Assembly (NCBI RefSeq): GCF_006345805.1
Contig: NC_042997.1
Span: 159,402,001 to 159,466,000 of the forward strand
Reading direction: 5' to 3'
Length of the DNA: 64,000 nucleotides
Source of the DNA: Octopus sinensis
Taxonomy: Eukaryota
Below, piece after piece: positions 12,983 to 24,560 of this stretch (position 1 is the stretch's first letter; each line of letters starts with the position of its first letter). The position numbers and the translations under genes were made by a program. Below the pieces are notes generated by a model. It had not been told where the DNA came from, ran no database searches, and saw only the letters and a list, made by a program, of their open reading frames with translations.

Positions 12983-13764
12983 CTGAAATATATTTCCATT
13001 ATATTGGCTTCAACATAAGTTATTCTCTTCATTGTTTGCACTAGCTATGTAGAGCTATGTACATCTATATAAATTACTACTACTCCAATCACTGGCCAAA
13101 AACAACTACTACTACTATTTGTAGTAAAATAAATATACATACACAGCTAAATACATACACAGTTAAATAGTCATGTTTACGATCATTGATAACACATAAT
13201 ACAAATATCTTGAGTTGAAAACAGATGTGGGTGTTTTTTTTTTCTTATTTTTGTGTGTATGTAAACAAAAACTTTGACACAAATAGATAGCTTTGTCAAT
13301 AAACTGAATTGTACAACAACAATAATCACTTCTAAATAGTAAAAATACCATGAAGTATTCAGTAAAAGGTGGGGAGTGATCATGTACAAAAACATCAAAG
13401 CTGATAAGAATTTACTTTGTTGAAAAGCAAAAGCATGAAAAATATCAAACTTGAACAAGGAAACTTGACCCAAAAAACAGAAACTTCCTTTAATAATTAA
13501 GTTCAAAAGAGAAGTGCAAAGAAAAAAAAAAAGACTTGTCATTCAACATTTGCCAAATTCATTGAATTCTTGTCAAAAGCTACCTTATATAACTTTACAA
13601 TACAGCATAAGTTAATGAATGCAGTTTTATTTTTCTTCACTAATTCATCACATGAATAAACTTGGCATAGATTTTCTTACTCAATGGATATCTTCAAGAA
13701 GTGAGGTTTCCAAACTTTCATTTGTTTAATATCATCAAGTAGACTCTGACAGAAATGTCAGTAC

Positions 13765-14260
13765 ACTGTGCAAAATGCTTAACAGCATTTTGTCCATCTC
13801 TAAATTCTGAGTTGAAATTCTACTGAGGTCGACTTTGCTTTCCATCCTTATGAAATTGATAAAGTTAGTACTAGAAATATTACATTTCTAAATCTCTCAG
13901 AGAGATTTACACAGTAGCAGTATGATAAAGTGATGGTATGTTGCGAACTTAATGTGGCAGTCCCATGAAAGTGAAGAAAGCTACTGCTATTTAGCCCTAG
14001 GAACACCATTTCCAGTTGGCCATGACACATCTTCTGCATTCTTATCTCCCCTTTGAAAGCATAAGGACACAGAAGATGTATCATGGCCAACTGAAAATAG
14101 TGTTTCCTAGGGCTAAATAGCAGTAGCATTCTTCCTTTTCATAGGACTGCCACATTAAGTTGGCAACATACCATGAAAATTAGTACTAGTTGAATATTGG
14201 GGTTGATGTAATCGACTAGCCCACCCCCGCTCCTGAAATTGTAATCCTTGTGCCATTGAA
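13765..14260 (+). mobile_element. SINE family C copy interrupted by a fold-back insertion
   Basis: 5' half ends ...GATAAAGTTAGTACTAG (13874); 3' half resumes TTAGTACTAGTTGAATATTGGGGTTGATGTAATCGAC (14180). Confidence 0.65.
13933..14174. repeat. 242-bp fold-back element with ~105-bp inverted arms
   Basis: ATGGTATGTTGC...CTACTGCTATTTAGCCCTAGG...CATCTTCTG / CAGAAGATG...CCTAGGGCTAAATAGCAGTAG...GCAACATACCAT. Confidence 0.9.
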
Positions 14261-14399
14261 ACCAATATTATAGAGTAGACTAAAACATAACCAGAACAAT
14301 AATAAGGAGTTATGGATAAGTAAGTTCCAGTCTATACCACTCGCCACTACTACCGACAAATCTATGGCAGACAACAGAATTTTGGGATAAGGGATGGAG

Positions 14400-14550
14400 A
14401 GGCACAGATGTGACTGTGTGGTAAGAACTTAGCTACCCAACAACATAGTTTCAGGTTCAGTCCCACTGTGTGACACTTTGAACAAGTGTATTCTACTTTA
14501 GCCACAAATCAACCAAAATCATGTGAGTGGATCTGGTAGACACAACTGAA
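14400..14550 (+). mobile_element. SINE family A, 5' half
   Basis: GTGACTGTGTGGTAAGAA...GGTTCAGTCCCACTGTGTGACAC...GTGAGTGGATCTGGTAGA. Confidence 0.7.
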
Positions 14551-15646
14551 ATATGTATATATGCAAACCACACATACACATTGAGGGTTATGCTTTGAGG
14601 CAATACACTTGACCAGAGATTTCAGACTCAGATCCAGTAAAGTATTTCACTCCTAAATCCTTGTTACATTAACTGTGTAAATGAAGCAAGACCAAGCTAA
14701 CTTGAAATGGTATGGAATCATATAATATATAATAAAGCCAAACGAAATGGTGATATCTTGAATACATTTAATACACATGTTTCAAATAGTTATGTAAGAA
14801 CAAATTTCTTGCATAACTTCCATAGTCAAAACATGTCAAAGCAGAATGTAGCTTCAACCACCTTGCTTTTCAGTCCCACATAATATAATTCAGATTACAT
14901 TATCCAGCATAAGATCTGCTTAAACAGCACCAACTAAATAGTGACAACAATATCTTATCAATTTGAAAATGTACCAAAAATAAAGAGGAAGCAACTGATT
15001 ATCTAAATACATTGTTTGACTTCTTGTCATTGCATCCGAGGTCAACTTGACCAGTGATGAAATCTGGACACTTGGCAATGACAATAACAAAGTACTGGTT
15101 AAAAAAAAAAACAGACATCAAAATAAAAAAATTTTAAAAATCAGTGGAGGTGCAGGAGATGGATTACTGAAACTCCAGTACTAAGCTGGTACTTTATTTT
15201 ACTGATCCTGAGAGGATTTGAACTCAGATTACCTAACGGCTGCAAAGCATTTTGACCACTGCTGAAAAGATACTGCCAATCTATTTTTATAATGCATTTA
15301 AGAAGAAAAAGATCAGTACCTTATATATTTCAAGAGTGAAAGGCCAAACAACAACAACAGGTGGATGAGGTGCAAGAAGAAAGAAGAGTAGAAAGAGGGA
15401 AACGAAGAAGGCAAAAATACAAGAGAAGAAAAGTTAATTATTTTTAAATAGCCACAGGCTATAGAATAGCCTGAGCATAGTTATGGAATATAATTAAATC
15501 TAATTAGCAGAAAGGTTCTCCTTTTTTAGTATCAAACAACCTCGGCCTAGACATATATATATGTATGTGTGCATATATGTATACATATATATGTGAATGT
15601 ATGCATATATGAATGTGTATGTAAACTATATATATATATATATATA

Positions 15647-16303
15647 AGACCTGTTGAGGCAAGTGAAAATCAAATCAAAACAAATCAAAATAGATGAACA
15701 TCAATGGAATTTGTATCTTTGTGGTACCAGTGCCGGTGGCACGTGGCACATAAGAAAACCATCCGAACGTGGCCGTAGCCAGTACCGCATCGACTGGCCT
15801 CCGTGCTGTGGGCACGTAACAAGCACCATCCGATCGTGGCCGTTTGCCAGCCTCATCTGGCACCTGTGTCGGTGGCACATAAAAACACCATCCGAGCGTG
15901 GCCGTCTGCCAGCCTCGTCTGGCACCTGTGTCGGTGGCACATAAAAACACCATCCGAGCGTGGCCGTCTGCCAGCCTCGTCTGGCACCTGTGTCGGTGGC
16001 ACATAAAAACACCATCCGAGCGTGGCCGTCTGCCAGCCTCGTCTGGCACCTGTGTCGGTGGCACATAAAAAACACCATCCGAGCGTGGCCGTTTGCCAGC
16101 CTCGTCTGGCACCTGTGTCGGTGGCACATAAAATCACCCACTACACTCTCGGAGTGGTTGGCGTTAGGAAGGGCATCCAGCTGTAGAAACACTGCCAGAT
16201 CTGACTGGACTGGTGCAGCTTTCGGGCTCCCCAGACCCCAGTTGAACCGTCCAACCCATGCTAGCATGGAAAGCGGACGTTAAATGATGATGATGATGAT
16301 GAT
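15647..16303 (+). mobile_element. SINE family B, expanded by an internal tandem array, inside (TA)n
   Basis: Starts AAGACCTGTTGAGGCAAG after (TA)n; ends GGACGTTAAATGATGATGATG then (TA)n; carries the same core as the 11917 copy in the opposite orientation. Confidence 0.9.
15824..16134 (+). repeat. 62-bp tandem array, 5 copies, inside SINE B
   Basis: Unit CACCATCCGAGCGTGGCCGTCTGCCAGCCTCGTCTGGCACCTGTGTCGGTGGCACATAAAAA starting at 15824, 15886, 15948, 16010 and 16073. Confidence 0.95.
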
Positions 16304-16479
16304 ATATATATATGAATCTATTTGACATGTTCATATGAAAGGGTGTATGTGTGCAAATCTAGCAAAACATTCTTAAACATAATAATATAAATATCTTAGG
16401 TTATTTCATTTCATTTCCTAGGAAAATTTGAAGATTTTCTGTACATGCATATAACTATTTCTTTATTTCTTCAGACTAA

Positions 16480-16897
16480 CATAATTATAACACATACACA
16501 AACACACACACATAGCTACAGATACATAGATACACACACAGACATGTATACACAGATATATATACACATACACAGACATATATACACATACATACACATA
16601 TATATAAACATACACACACAGACATATATACACATATATATATATATACACAAACAGACATATATACACATATATATATATACACAAACAGACATATATA
16701 CACATATATAAATACACAGACATATATACACATATATAAATACACAGACATATATACACATATATATATACACACACAGACATATATACATTTATACACA
16801 CTCACATATATACATTTATACACACCCACATATATACATTTATACACACACATATATACATACAAATATATATATATATACACACAGAGACATATAT

Positions 16898-16951
<54 letters not shown>

Positions 16952-16990
16952 ATATATATATGCATATATATACATATATTCATATTTACA

Positions 16991-17021
<31 letters not shown>

Positions 17022-17090
17022 CATATATGAAATATATAAACAATATGTATGACTATATGCACATATATATACACACACACATACATACAT
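16480..17090. repeat. Compound (TA)/(CA) microsatellite with higher-order ~26-30 bp CACAGACATATATACACATATAT units
   Basis: Directly visible; it generates the YI/CV-rich ORFs in the track. Confidence 0.9.
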
Positions 17091-18096
17091 ATTTGTTGTA
17101 ATTGCTGTTAATGCTGTTACCTTCCTGTTCTGTCAAGTGGCTTGTGGCTTGTCAGTTTTTCAGGTTTTTCATTATGCACGCGTGTTGGCTTTTAGCACTA
17201 ATGAGATTGGTATATTTTTTACCAATACTTATCTTTACACACACACTCACATGTGCATATGCATGTATATAGTCATGCCTGTATGCACATCATATATGTG
17301 TGCATATAAGCATGTGTCTTTATATGTGTAAATGAGAAGTCATTTATGTTGTATGTTTCATAAAATTTATACTGTTATAATTATGTGCATTAAATTGCAT
17401 TATTTTGCATAATTTCAATTTTTTTGTTTAAAGTTGAATTGTAACCATCCTTGTAATACTGTTAACTCTGAGGGGTGCCAACAGTGGGAATGATATTGTG
17501 TCTGGATGTATTGGTGGTAGAAGAGTTGTTGCTATTTACTTTTTGTTTTTTTTGTTTTTTTTAATCTACCACTATTATGTGCACAGCATCTGTAACTTGT
17601 CTAAGTGGGGGATCATATGAATGCATAGAAAGGATTTTTATCTCGATGTTGTCCATGAACTCAGACCATCATGCTTATTTCGGGCTTGTTAGAAGCAAGA
17701 GTAACATCATACACAAAAGTACACACAGCACAACTACCACCCTAATTAATAATTATACATACAACACAATGTATATAATATAAATTACAAACTACAAAAA
17801 ATACAAGTAATAGAAACAATTTAACTGGGTAACAGTTGACAACCAGCATGAAAAGTCTTATAACAATCAAACCAACAGAGTTAATTAAGACAAATTACAC
17901 ATGCAGAAACACAACTGAATCAGTCATGTAAAGCAGAAGCAACCAGATATAAAGTAGAATCACTTCTCGAAAACTAAAACTTGAATACAATGTATAAACA
18001 CTTTGTAGATATGGCAGAAGGTAAATTCAAATAACTTTACTTCAGCAATGATTCTTATTTCAGACATAGTGAAAATGAGGATTACAACAATATTAC

Positions 18097-18175
18097 CTAG
18101 TTATATCAGGATTTTCAAAGAACAAGCTGCTACTTTCACTATTAAGTGGAAATCTTTGAGCAATACAGACTATAA
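18097..18175 (-). other. Candidate 79-nt exon (IVCIAQRFPLNSESSSLFFENPDIT)
   Basis: Acceptor GTTTTTCTCCCAG and donor TAG|GTAATA; single open frame; peptide not recognised. Confidence 0.3.
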
Positions 18176-18920
18176 CTGGGAGAAAAACACGCATTATGCA
18201 TGCTGAGAAGAGATTCAAACCATAAAACTTTAACAATTCTGCAAATTCAGTTTGCAAAATAAGAAACCTTTACGAGCTGCTGCCTTAAAAAATTCTGGAA
18301 ATTAAAGCTATCAATCAAACTTTACTACCATACACTCATTATTTTAATGACATCATTCATCTCATTATACTCTCCACAACATTCCAGATTTTCTTCATAT
18401 ATATTTTTGTTACATAATATTGATCTGTAATTATCGAAGGAAAATAAGTCACTCTTAGTAATGTTTATTTATTGTGAGTAGTGCAGCTAACCCAGCATGC
18501 AACACCAGGATTTTTGTTCGTATTGTCCTTGATTTTTTTCAAGAATATAGTTCTATTTATTATTTGATGATTAATTAGTTACATAGCAAGGTATGAATCA
18601 TGAACTATTGATGTATTTTCTTCAAACATTTGCTTGAAATACATGTGTACATACGTTATAACTGATCAAGCTAACTTATAACTGTAGAAACCTAAAATGT
18701 TAACAAACACACTCGTATATAAACACAAAACATGACTCAAAGTCAAACACAAATGTACTATAATCATAACTACTCTGTGAGTGCCATTAAAGTTCTTCTT
18801 GGAAAAGCTTAATAACATGATCACTGCTTAACATTTCTGAATAACTTACAAAACAAAATTTAAAATAATTCAAGATAAAATCCTAAAAATATAACAATAA
18901 AATTAAGACTATATAGACAC

Positions 18921-19078
18921 AAATGGCTGTGTGGTAAGTAGTTTGTTTCCCAACCATATGGTTCTGGGTTTGGTTCCACTGTGTGGTACCTTGGCCAAGT
19001 ATCTTTTATTGTAATTCCAAACTTATCAAAATCTTGTAAGTGGATTTGGTAAACAGAAACTGAAAGAAACCTATCAGG
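18921..19078 (+). mobile_element. SINE family A, 5' half
   Basis: TGGCTGTGTGGTAAGTAG...GGTTCTGGGTTTGGTTCCACTGTGTGGTACC...GTGGATTTGGTAAACAGAAACTGAAAG. Confidence 0.75.
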
Positions 19079-19103
19079 TGTGTGTGGCCACATGCACACA
19101 CAC

Positions 19104-19134
<31 letters not shown>

Positions 19135-19138
<4 letters not shown>

Positions 19139-19326
19139 TCATCATCATCGTTTAACGTCCGTTCTCCATGCTAGCATGGGTTGGACAGTTCAACCGGGGA
19201 TCTGGGAAGCCAGAAGGCTGCACCAGGCTCCAGTCTTATCTGGCAATGTTTCTACAGCTGGATGCCCTTCCTAACGCCAACCACTCCGTGAGTGTAGTGG
19301 GTGCTTTTTACGTGCCACCTGCACAG
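19135..19326 (-). mobile_element. SINE family B, 5'-truncated, (TA)n on both sides
   Basis: CATCATCATCGTTTAACGTCCG tail and core; stops after the first GTGCCACC module. Confidence 0.85.
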
Positions 19327-20137
19327 AAATATATATATATATATATATATTTATTTTGAATGTATATATCGATGTATGTTTATCATTGTGTTTGTCATTT
19401 GCCACTGCTTAACAACTGGTGTTGGTTTGCTTATGTTCCTATAATATAAATCAGAAAAAAAGACAAACAGAATAAGTAACAGGCTTCAAAAAAATAAGTA
19501 CTGGGGTTGATTCGTTCAACTGAAAGCCTTTCAAGGTGGTGCCCCAGTATGGCCACAGTCAAATGACAGAAACAACAAGTAAAAACCTAAAAGATAAAAG
19601 ACACAAATAGAGATATTTGCACTTAGAGATTATCGGTTTTGCTCAATATCTCAAACCAATAAAAACTGAGAAAGTGAACGAAGATAGTGAATGAGAGATG
19701 GGGAAAGAAGAGAGAGAAAGAGAACTAAGATAGTGAATGAGAGAGGGGGTGAAAGGAGAGAGAGAGAAGAAACAAGTAGCAAGATATAGACAGATGAAAA
19801 AGAAATGAACTTTAAATCCTGTCTATAAAACTGCACCCTACAGGTAGATATGATACAGTACACATTGACATCTAATCTACAGTTATTTGAAGCAGACATC
19901 TCTCTGTTAAGAAGCATGAGTAAACTCTAAGAGATTTCCTGTCAAACACAGGAAGATCACTTAACAAAAATTATCTCTTAATGAATTACATTGAGCAATA
20001 TATCATATTACACTAAATTCCTCCTGGAGAAAATTTAGAAACACAACCTGCACATATATACATATACTTCAACCATAGATATAATATATATTATATATAT
20101 ATATATATTTATATGTATATATATTATATATATATTA

Positions 20138-20651
20138 CCATAAATCTTTGAGTATAGTCTGCCCTTGAGTATAATATGCAGGGGATTTTTAGGGGGCTGT
20201 ACCTCTGAAAAACCTAAACCTTGTGTATAATATGCACCCCTTCTCTAACTTGAGTCAAGGAGGTCTATATAACGTCCTTGGATTGTAAAAATGTATGCGG
20301 TAACGTCCTTTATTATTATTGTATATATATAACATAATGCAAACGTGTAGCTTTTTTGTACATTTTGTTTGCAGAAAATAAAGAAATAACAGTAATAACG
20401 TTTAATAAATGTTGCTTACTGCAAATTATAGATGATCCTTTTATGACTTCATTGCTTTCAGGCTTAGCTAAAGGTATTTTCGCACCCGACATCACAAAAT
20501 GCATCTGAGTACACATAGCCACACAGCAAATAGAGACTCGGACATTGCTTAGAAAATAATTTTCATTTCTAACCTCGTATATAGTACGCACTAGGGATTT
20601 TGACCTTTAAATTTGGGGGAAAAAATGCGGATTATACTCAAGGATTTACCG
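20138..20651. mobile_element. Tc2/pogo-type MITE (~514 bp), TA target
   Basis: TA|CCATAAATCTTTGAGTATAGTCTGC ... GCGGATTATACTCAAGGATTTACCG|TA; imperfect ~25-bp TIRs. Confidence 0.8.
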
Positions 20652-20670
20652 TATATATATATGTATTATA

Positions 20671-20758
20671 TACATTATTTACATAATTTACATTTGACAG
20701 ATATTTGTTCTCTTCTTTGTTGTTAACACATTTTGGCTGATATACCCTCCAGCCTTCA
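20671..20758 (-). repeat. Inverted partial copy of the Penelope-like segment at 20910-20975
   Basis: Reverse complement reads TGAAGGCTGGAGGGTATATCAGCCAAAATGTGTTAACAACAA...TCAAATGTAAA. Confidence 0.85.
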
Positions 20759-20761
20759 CCA

Positions 20762-20851
20762 TGGGCATATGGCGTAGCGGTTAAGAGCTCGGCCTACTAA
20801 CCCCAAGATTTTGAGTTTGATTCCAAGCAGTGACCTGAACAATAATAATAA
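20762..20851 (+). mobile_element. tRNA-derived Pol III head followed by a short (AAT)n linker
   Basis: A box TGGCGTAGCGG, anticodon-like loop CTACTAA, decayed B box GAGTTTGATTCC; no acceptor-stem pairing, so not a functional tRNA. Confidence 0.75.
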
Positions 20852-20900
20852 CATCAAAAAATACCTTAGCAATGAGAACCCAGGTTCAAAATTTCCCCGA

Positions 20901-20946
20901 GACACCTGATGAAGGCTTGAGGGTATATCAGCCAAAACGTTGTGTT
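20901..20946 (+). ncRNA. Penelope-type minimal type I hammerhead ribozyme motif (G12 mutated, probably inactive in this copy)
   Basis: Stem I GACAC/GTGTT; CTGATGA-A; stem II GGCT(T)/(C)AGCC around a 10-nt loop; AAAA where GAAA is expected; palindromic ACGT stem III; GTT cleavage triplet. Confidence 0.7.
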
Positions 20947-20991
20947 AACAACAAACATCAAATGTAAATAATGTACATAATTCCTCATGTG

Positions 20992-21027
<36 letters not shown>

Positions 21028-21030
<3 letters not shown>

Positions 21031-21250
21031 TCATCATCATCGTTTAACGTCCGTTTTCCGCGCTAGCACGGGTTGGACGGTTTGACCGGGGTCTGGGAAG
21101 CCAGAGGCCGCTCCAGGCTCCAGTCTGATCTGGCAGAGTTTCTACGGCTGGATGCCCTTCCTAACGCCAACCACTCCGCGAGTGGAGTGGGTGCTTTTTA
21201 CGTGCCACCTGCACAGGGGCCGGGGGGTCCGGCATCGGTCACGATTGGTT
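21028..21250 (-). mobile_element. SINE family B, truncated, CpG-rich (young)
   Basis: (CAT)n-CGTTTAACGTCCGTTTTCCGCGCTAGCACGGG tail and GGATGCCCTTCC core; (TA)n on the left flank. Confidence 0.85.
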
Positions 21251-22023
21251 CGAGCTTTTTTAGAGTTGAGTTGGGGGGGGGTCTAGCTGAGAAAGGTTCC
21301 ACCAGTGGAAAGAGAGGGAGAGATAGTGGGGGGGGTGCAGGTAATATAGGGAAGCACCAGTGGGGAAGGTTGGGTAAGGAATATATATATATATATTATA
21401 TTAGCAGCTAAGCCAGGTTTCACCCAGTTGGTTTAGATGATATGACTGAAAAACCTGCTCTGTGTAAGCCTTTGACTTGTTTGGGCAAGCTTACGTTAAA
21501 GAACAATTTTAGAATTACTTTTTTCTGTCAAAACGCTAAAAATAACTGACCAACAAAAAAAAGCCAAGATTCAACAAAATCAAAAAATAAACCCAAATAC
21601 TAAGAGAACAAAGATGAACCATCCCACTTCCATTGCACGCACACATGCACACACTCACACAAAAACACACATACATTCACATACTCCACCTTTTACATAC
21701 ACACACATATATTCACACTGAGTTGAAATGCTGTTTGACTTATTTGTATGACATCACCCCTTCGTTTCTCATTCATAAACACAAGAGTACTATTATATTA
21801 TATAATCTCGGTAACCATGGGATCTATGAAAAAAATACAAAGCCCAGCATCACTACCGGATCATTCTACACATCTGTGTAATTTTTCGCGCAATTCCACC
21901 CAGCCATTTGACCATGAATCCCAAGACAAGAAAGAATCGCCCATGTCAAATTTATATATATATATTCATGTATATATTATATATATGCATATGTGTATAT
22001 TCATGAGTGCATACTTATACATA

Positions 22024-22300
22024 CGAGGTCTGATCACTAAGTATCCAGACTGTTGCCATAGTAACAAAGCTAAAGCACACAGAGTGAAGCCATTTGGGAC
22101 AGATTGACCTTGACCTCTGTTGTGCATGTACACCAAGATTTAACGTACTAGCTCACTTCTGCTATTTACAGCAGTGCTTCGCAGTAACATGTGTAACATG
22201 ATCGTCGCATTGACCATGACAGAGTAAGTTGTCATGGCGATATCTGCTCAGAGCCTATGCAAAGTTGCAGAAAGTGTATGGAGAAGAGTGTATGTATTTC
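22024..22300 (+). mobile_element. mariner 5' end (TIR plus degenerate transposase N-terminus)
   Basis: TA|CGAGGTCTGATCACTAAGTATCC TIR; downstream ...AYAKLQKVYGEECM resembles the mariner first HTH. Confidence 0.7.
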
Positions 22301-22637
22301 AAACATCTCCATGATGGCTGAAAAAATGTTGATAATGGTGATGGAGGAAGAAAGTTAATTTGGTGGTACAGTGGTGGGGGTGATCAATGTAAAATGTGGG
22401 TGGAGAGAACAGCATTAATGGCTAAAAGATAAGTAACAGGTAAAACGGTTCTAGGGATCAAGAAAAACAAGTGGTATCAATGAAGTGTCATAATTAGGGG
22501 TGATGAGCAGTAAGGCTGTCTTGAAGAAGAAATTAGGTAGAGGACTCACTTCTACATACACACACACAGCTCTTCAAGAACTTCATGCTGACCTGAAGAA
22601 AAGTTTGTAGACTTATCTTAAAATAAAGTCTGTGAAC

Positions 22638-22885
22638 CAGTGATTCCCAACCAGAGTTTCACCAGAGCCCTAGAATACTGTAAAATGTTAATAGGGGTTC
22701 CATGAGAAATAGTGATAAAATAAGGCAAAGGAGTGGCTGTGTGGTAAGTAGCTTGCTTACGAACCGCATGGTTCCGGGTTCAGTACCACAGCGTGGCGCC
22801 TTGGGCAAGTGTCTTCTACTATAGCCTCGAGCCGACCAAAGCCTTGCAAGTGGATTTGGTAGATGGAAACTGAAAGAAGCCCATC

Positions 22886-22935
<50 letters not shown>

Positions 22936-23545
22936 ATATGTTTGTGTGTCTGTGTCTCTCCCCCAACATCACTTGAAAACTGATGCTGGTGATGTTTATG
23001 TCCCTGTAACTTAGTGGTTCAGCAAAAGAGACTGATAGAATAAGTACTAGGCTTACAAAGAATAAGTCCTGGGGTCAATTCGCTCGACTAAAGGCAGTGC
23101 TCCAGCATGGCCACAGTCAAATGACTGAAACAAGTAAAGGAGTAAAGAGTAAATGCAAATAAATGTTATAATATTTTTTCTTTTATTTCTATATTCATAA
23201 TTTTGTTTTTTACACAGCATATTTCCTAAGATAGGAAATCCTGATATCTGTACAAAGTAAGGAGAACCTACAAGAAAAATGATTTTTGACAGGGAAATTG
23301 TAAGGGAATTTAATCTAAACAGTCTTGGGTAAGATGAAGTTTCTTAAACCTTCTTTGAGATGTCTAATGTATTTAGCAGTGCCAGACATTTCAAAAAATT
23401 TTTTTTAGGATTTCTTTGATCTCTAATGAAAAAGTAATAAAAAGATTAATAAAATACCTGATAATTTTCATACAGAAACTTCTTGAAACATGTAATGTAA
23501 TTCAAGGGTTCCTTAGCAGTAGAAAGGTTAGGAAACGCAGCTGTA
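22638..23545. mobile_element. hAT-type MITE remnant hosting a SINE A insertion
   Basis: Left end CAGTGATTCCCAACC; degenerate right end GGTTAGGAAACGCAGCTG; similar left end near 51837; TSD not found. Confidence 0.4.
22724..23152 (+). mobile_element. SINE family A, full length
   Basis: GGCAAAGGAGTGGCTGTGTGGTAAG head, GGTTCAGTACC B-box-like site, internal (TA)n, GAGTAAAGAGTAA tail. Confidence 0.9.
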
Positions 23546-24138
23546 GACCCTAATAGTACATCCTAGGTAGTTACATCTAAAACACAGTGAGAATACTGAA
23601 ATATTGTTATTTATGAATGGTATATTTTTAAATAATGGTCATGACAAAAGAACTTCACTGCAGTCATTCAACCTGCAAAATTCAGCCACAAAACTACACA
23701 CAGATATAGTAAAAGATAGGATGGTCACAGCTGGAACCGTGTTAATCATGGGTCTACTTGACCAGGGGTGACCTAACAGTTTACAACAGTATACAAAGAC
23801 TATAAATACTATATGAAATGTGGAATAGGTAGAAATAGTGTAGCAGTGTATTAGTAGCACAGTCTGATTATATTTGTCATATACATGTTGGGTGTGTGAA
23901 TGCGTTCATAAATGAGTGAATTTATCTGTGTGTGTGTGTGTGTGTGTGTGCATGCACACACACACACATGTTAATGGCACACCATAAATTCTGAAAGAAG
24001 TTGCTGAACTTTATAAGCTGAACTTTAATATCATTTAATGTAATTAAATGTCAAGATTATCTGTTTATAAATAGGAAGATTGTTCAAAAAGAAAAATGGA
24101 CTTTTAAAAAATACAAATATAGTACTCTACTTTTAATA

Positions 24139-24560
24139 CAATCAGACTTGTCTCCTTCAAAATAGTTACCACTACTGTTGATACACCACCCCCACAATCT
24201 TTTCCCAGTTTTGCAATATGTCCTAGAACAACTTTTTCAGAGTAGTGAATTTTCTTTGATCACTATTTTCTGAAATTGGTGACCTTTCAGGGTAGTTTTC
24301 AGCTCAGAACAAATTAGTCAACAAGAGACAAATGTGGAGAATACAATGTTATGAGAGTCATCTTGTGCTTTGCCAAAGTTTCATGGATAAAGAATACTAT
24401 ATGAGCAGGTGCACTTTTGTAGTGCAGTATGCAGATTTTCTCTGTCCATATATCTGCAGATCACTTCTTTAACACTGCCTCTTTCAAATGCTTCAAACAC
24501 ATTTGTGTAAAACACTTTATTGATCATCGGATCACATGAAACAAACTCGCAATGAATAAC
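24139..24560 (-). pseudogene. Degenerate mariner (DD34D-type) transposase, catalytic domain to C-terminus
   Basis: Minus strand with frameshifts: INKVFY..., ILHYKSAPAH (LHHDNAPAH-like), YSPHLS (YSPDLAP-like), ELKTTLKGHQF, CINSSGNYFEGDK. Confidence 0.8.

Noticed and set aside
15824-16134. CRISPR-like interpretation of the 62-bp array (and of the 23-bp array at 53.1 kb)
   Set aside because: Contiguous tandem units with no unique spacers, no cas genes, eukaryotic context.
15654-16283. ORFs with MCHRHRCQ / YVPPTQVP repeats (also 11971-12388, 48021-48299, 51916-52374)
   Set aside because: They are readings of SINE B modules, not protein genes.
16445-17086. Long YI/CV/HT-rich ORFs here and at 4330, 30700-31363, 50384-50704 and 58347-59083
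   Set aside because: Translations of dinucleotide microsatellites.
20762-20835. Functional tRNA genes here and at 40192-40265
   Set aside because: B boxes are decayed, acceptor stems do not pair, and each runs into repeat body sequence; these are SINE heads.
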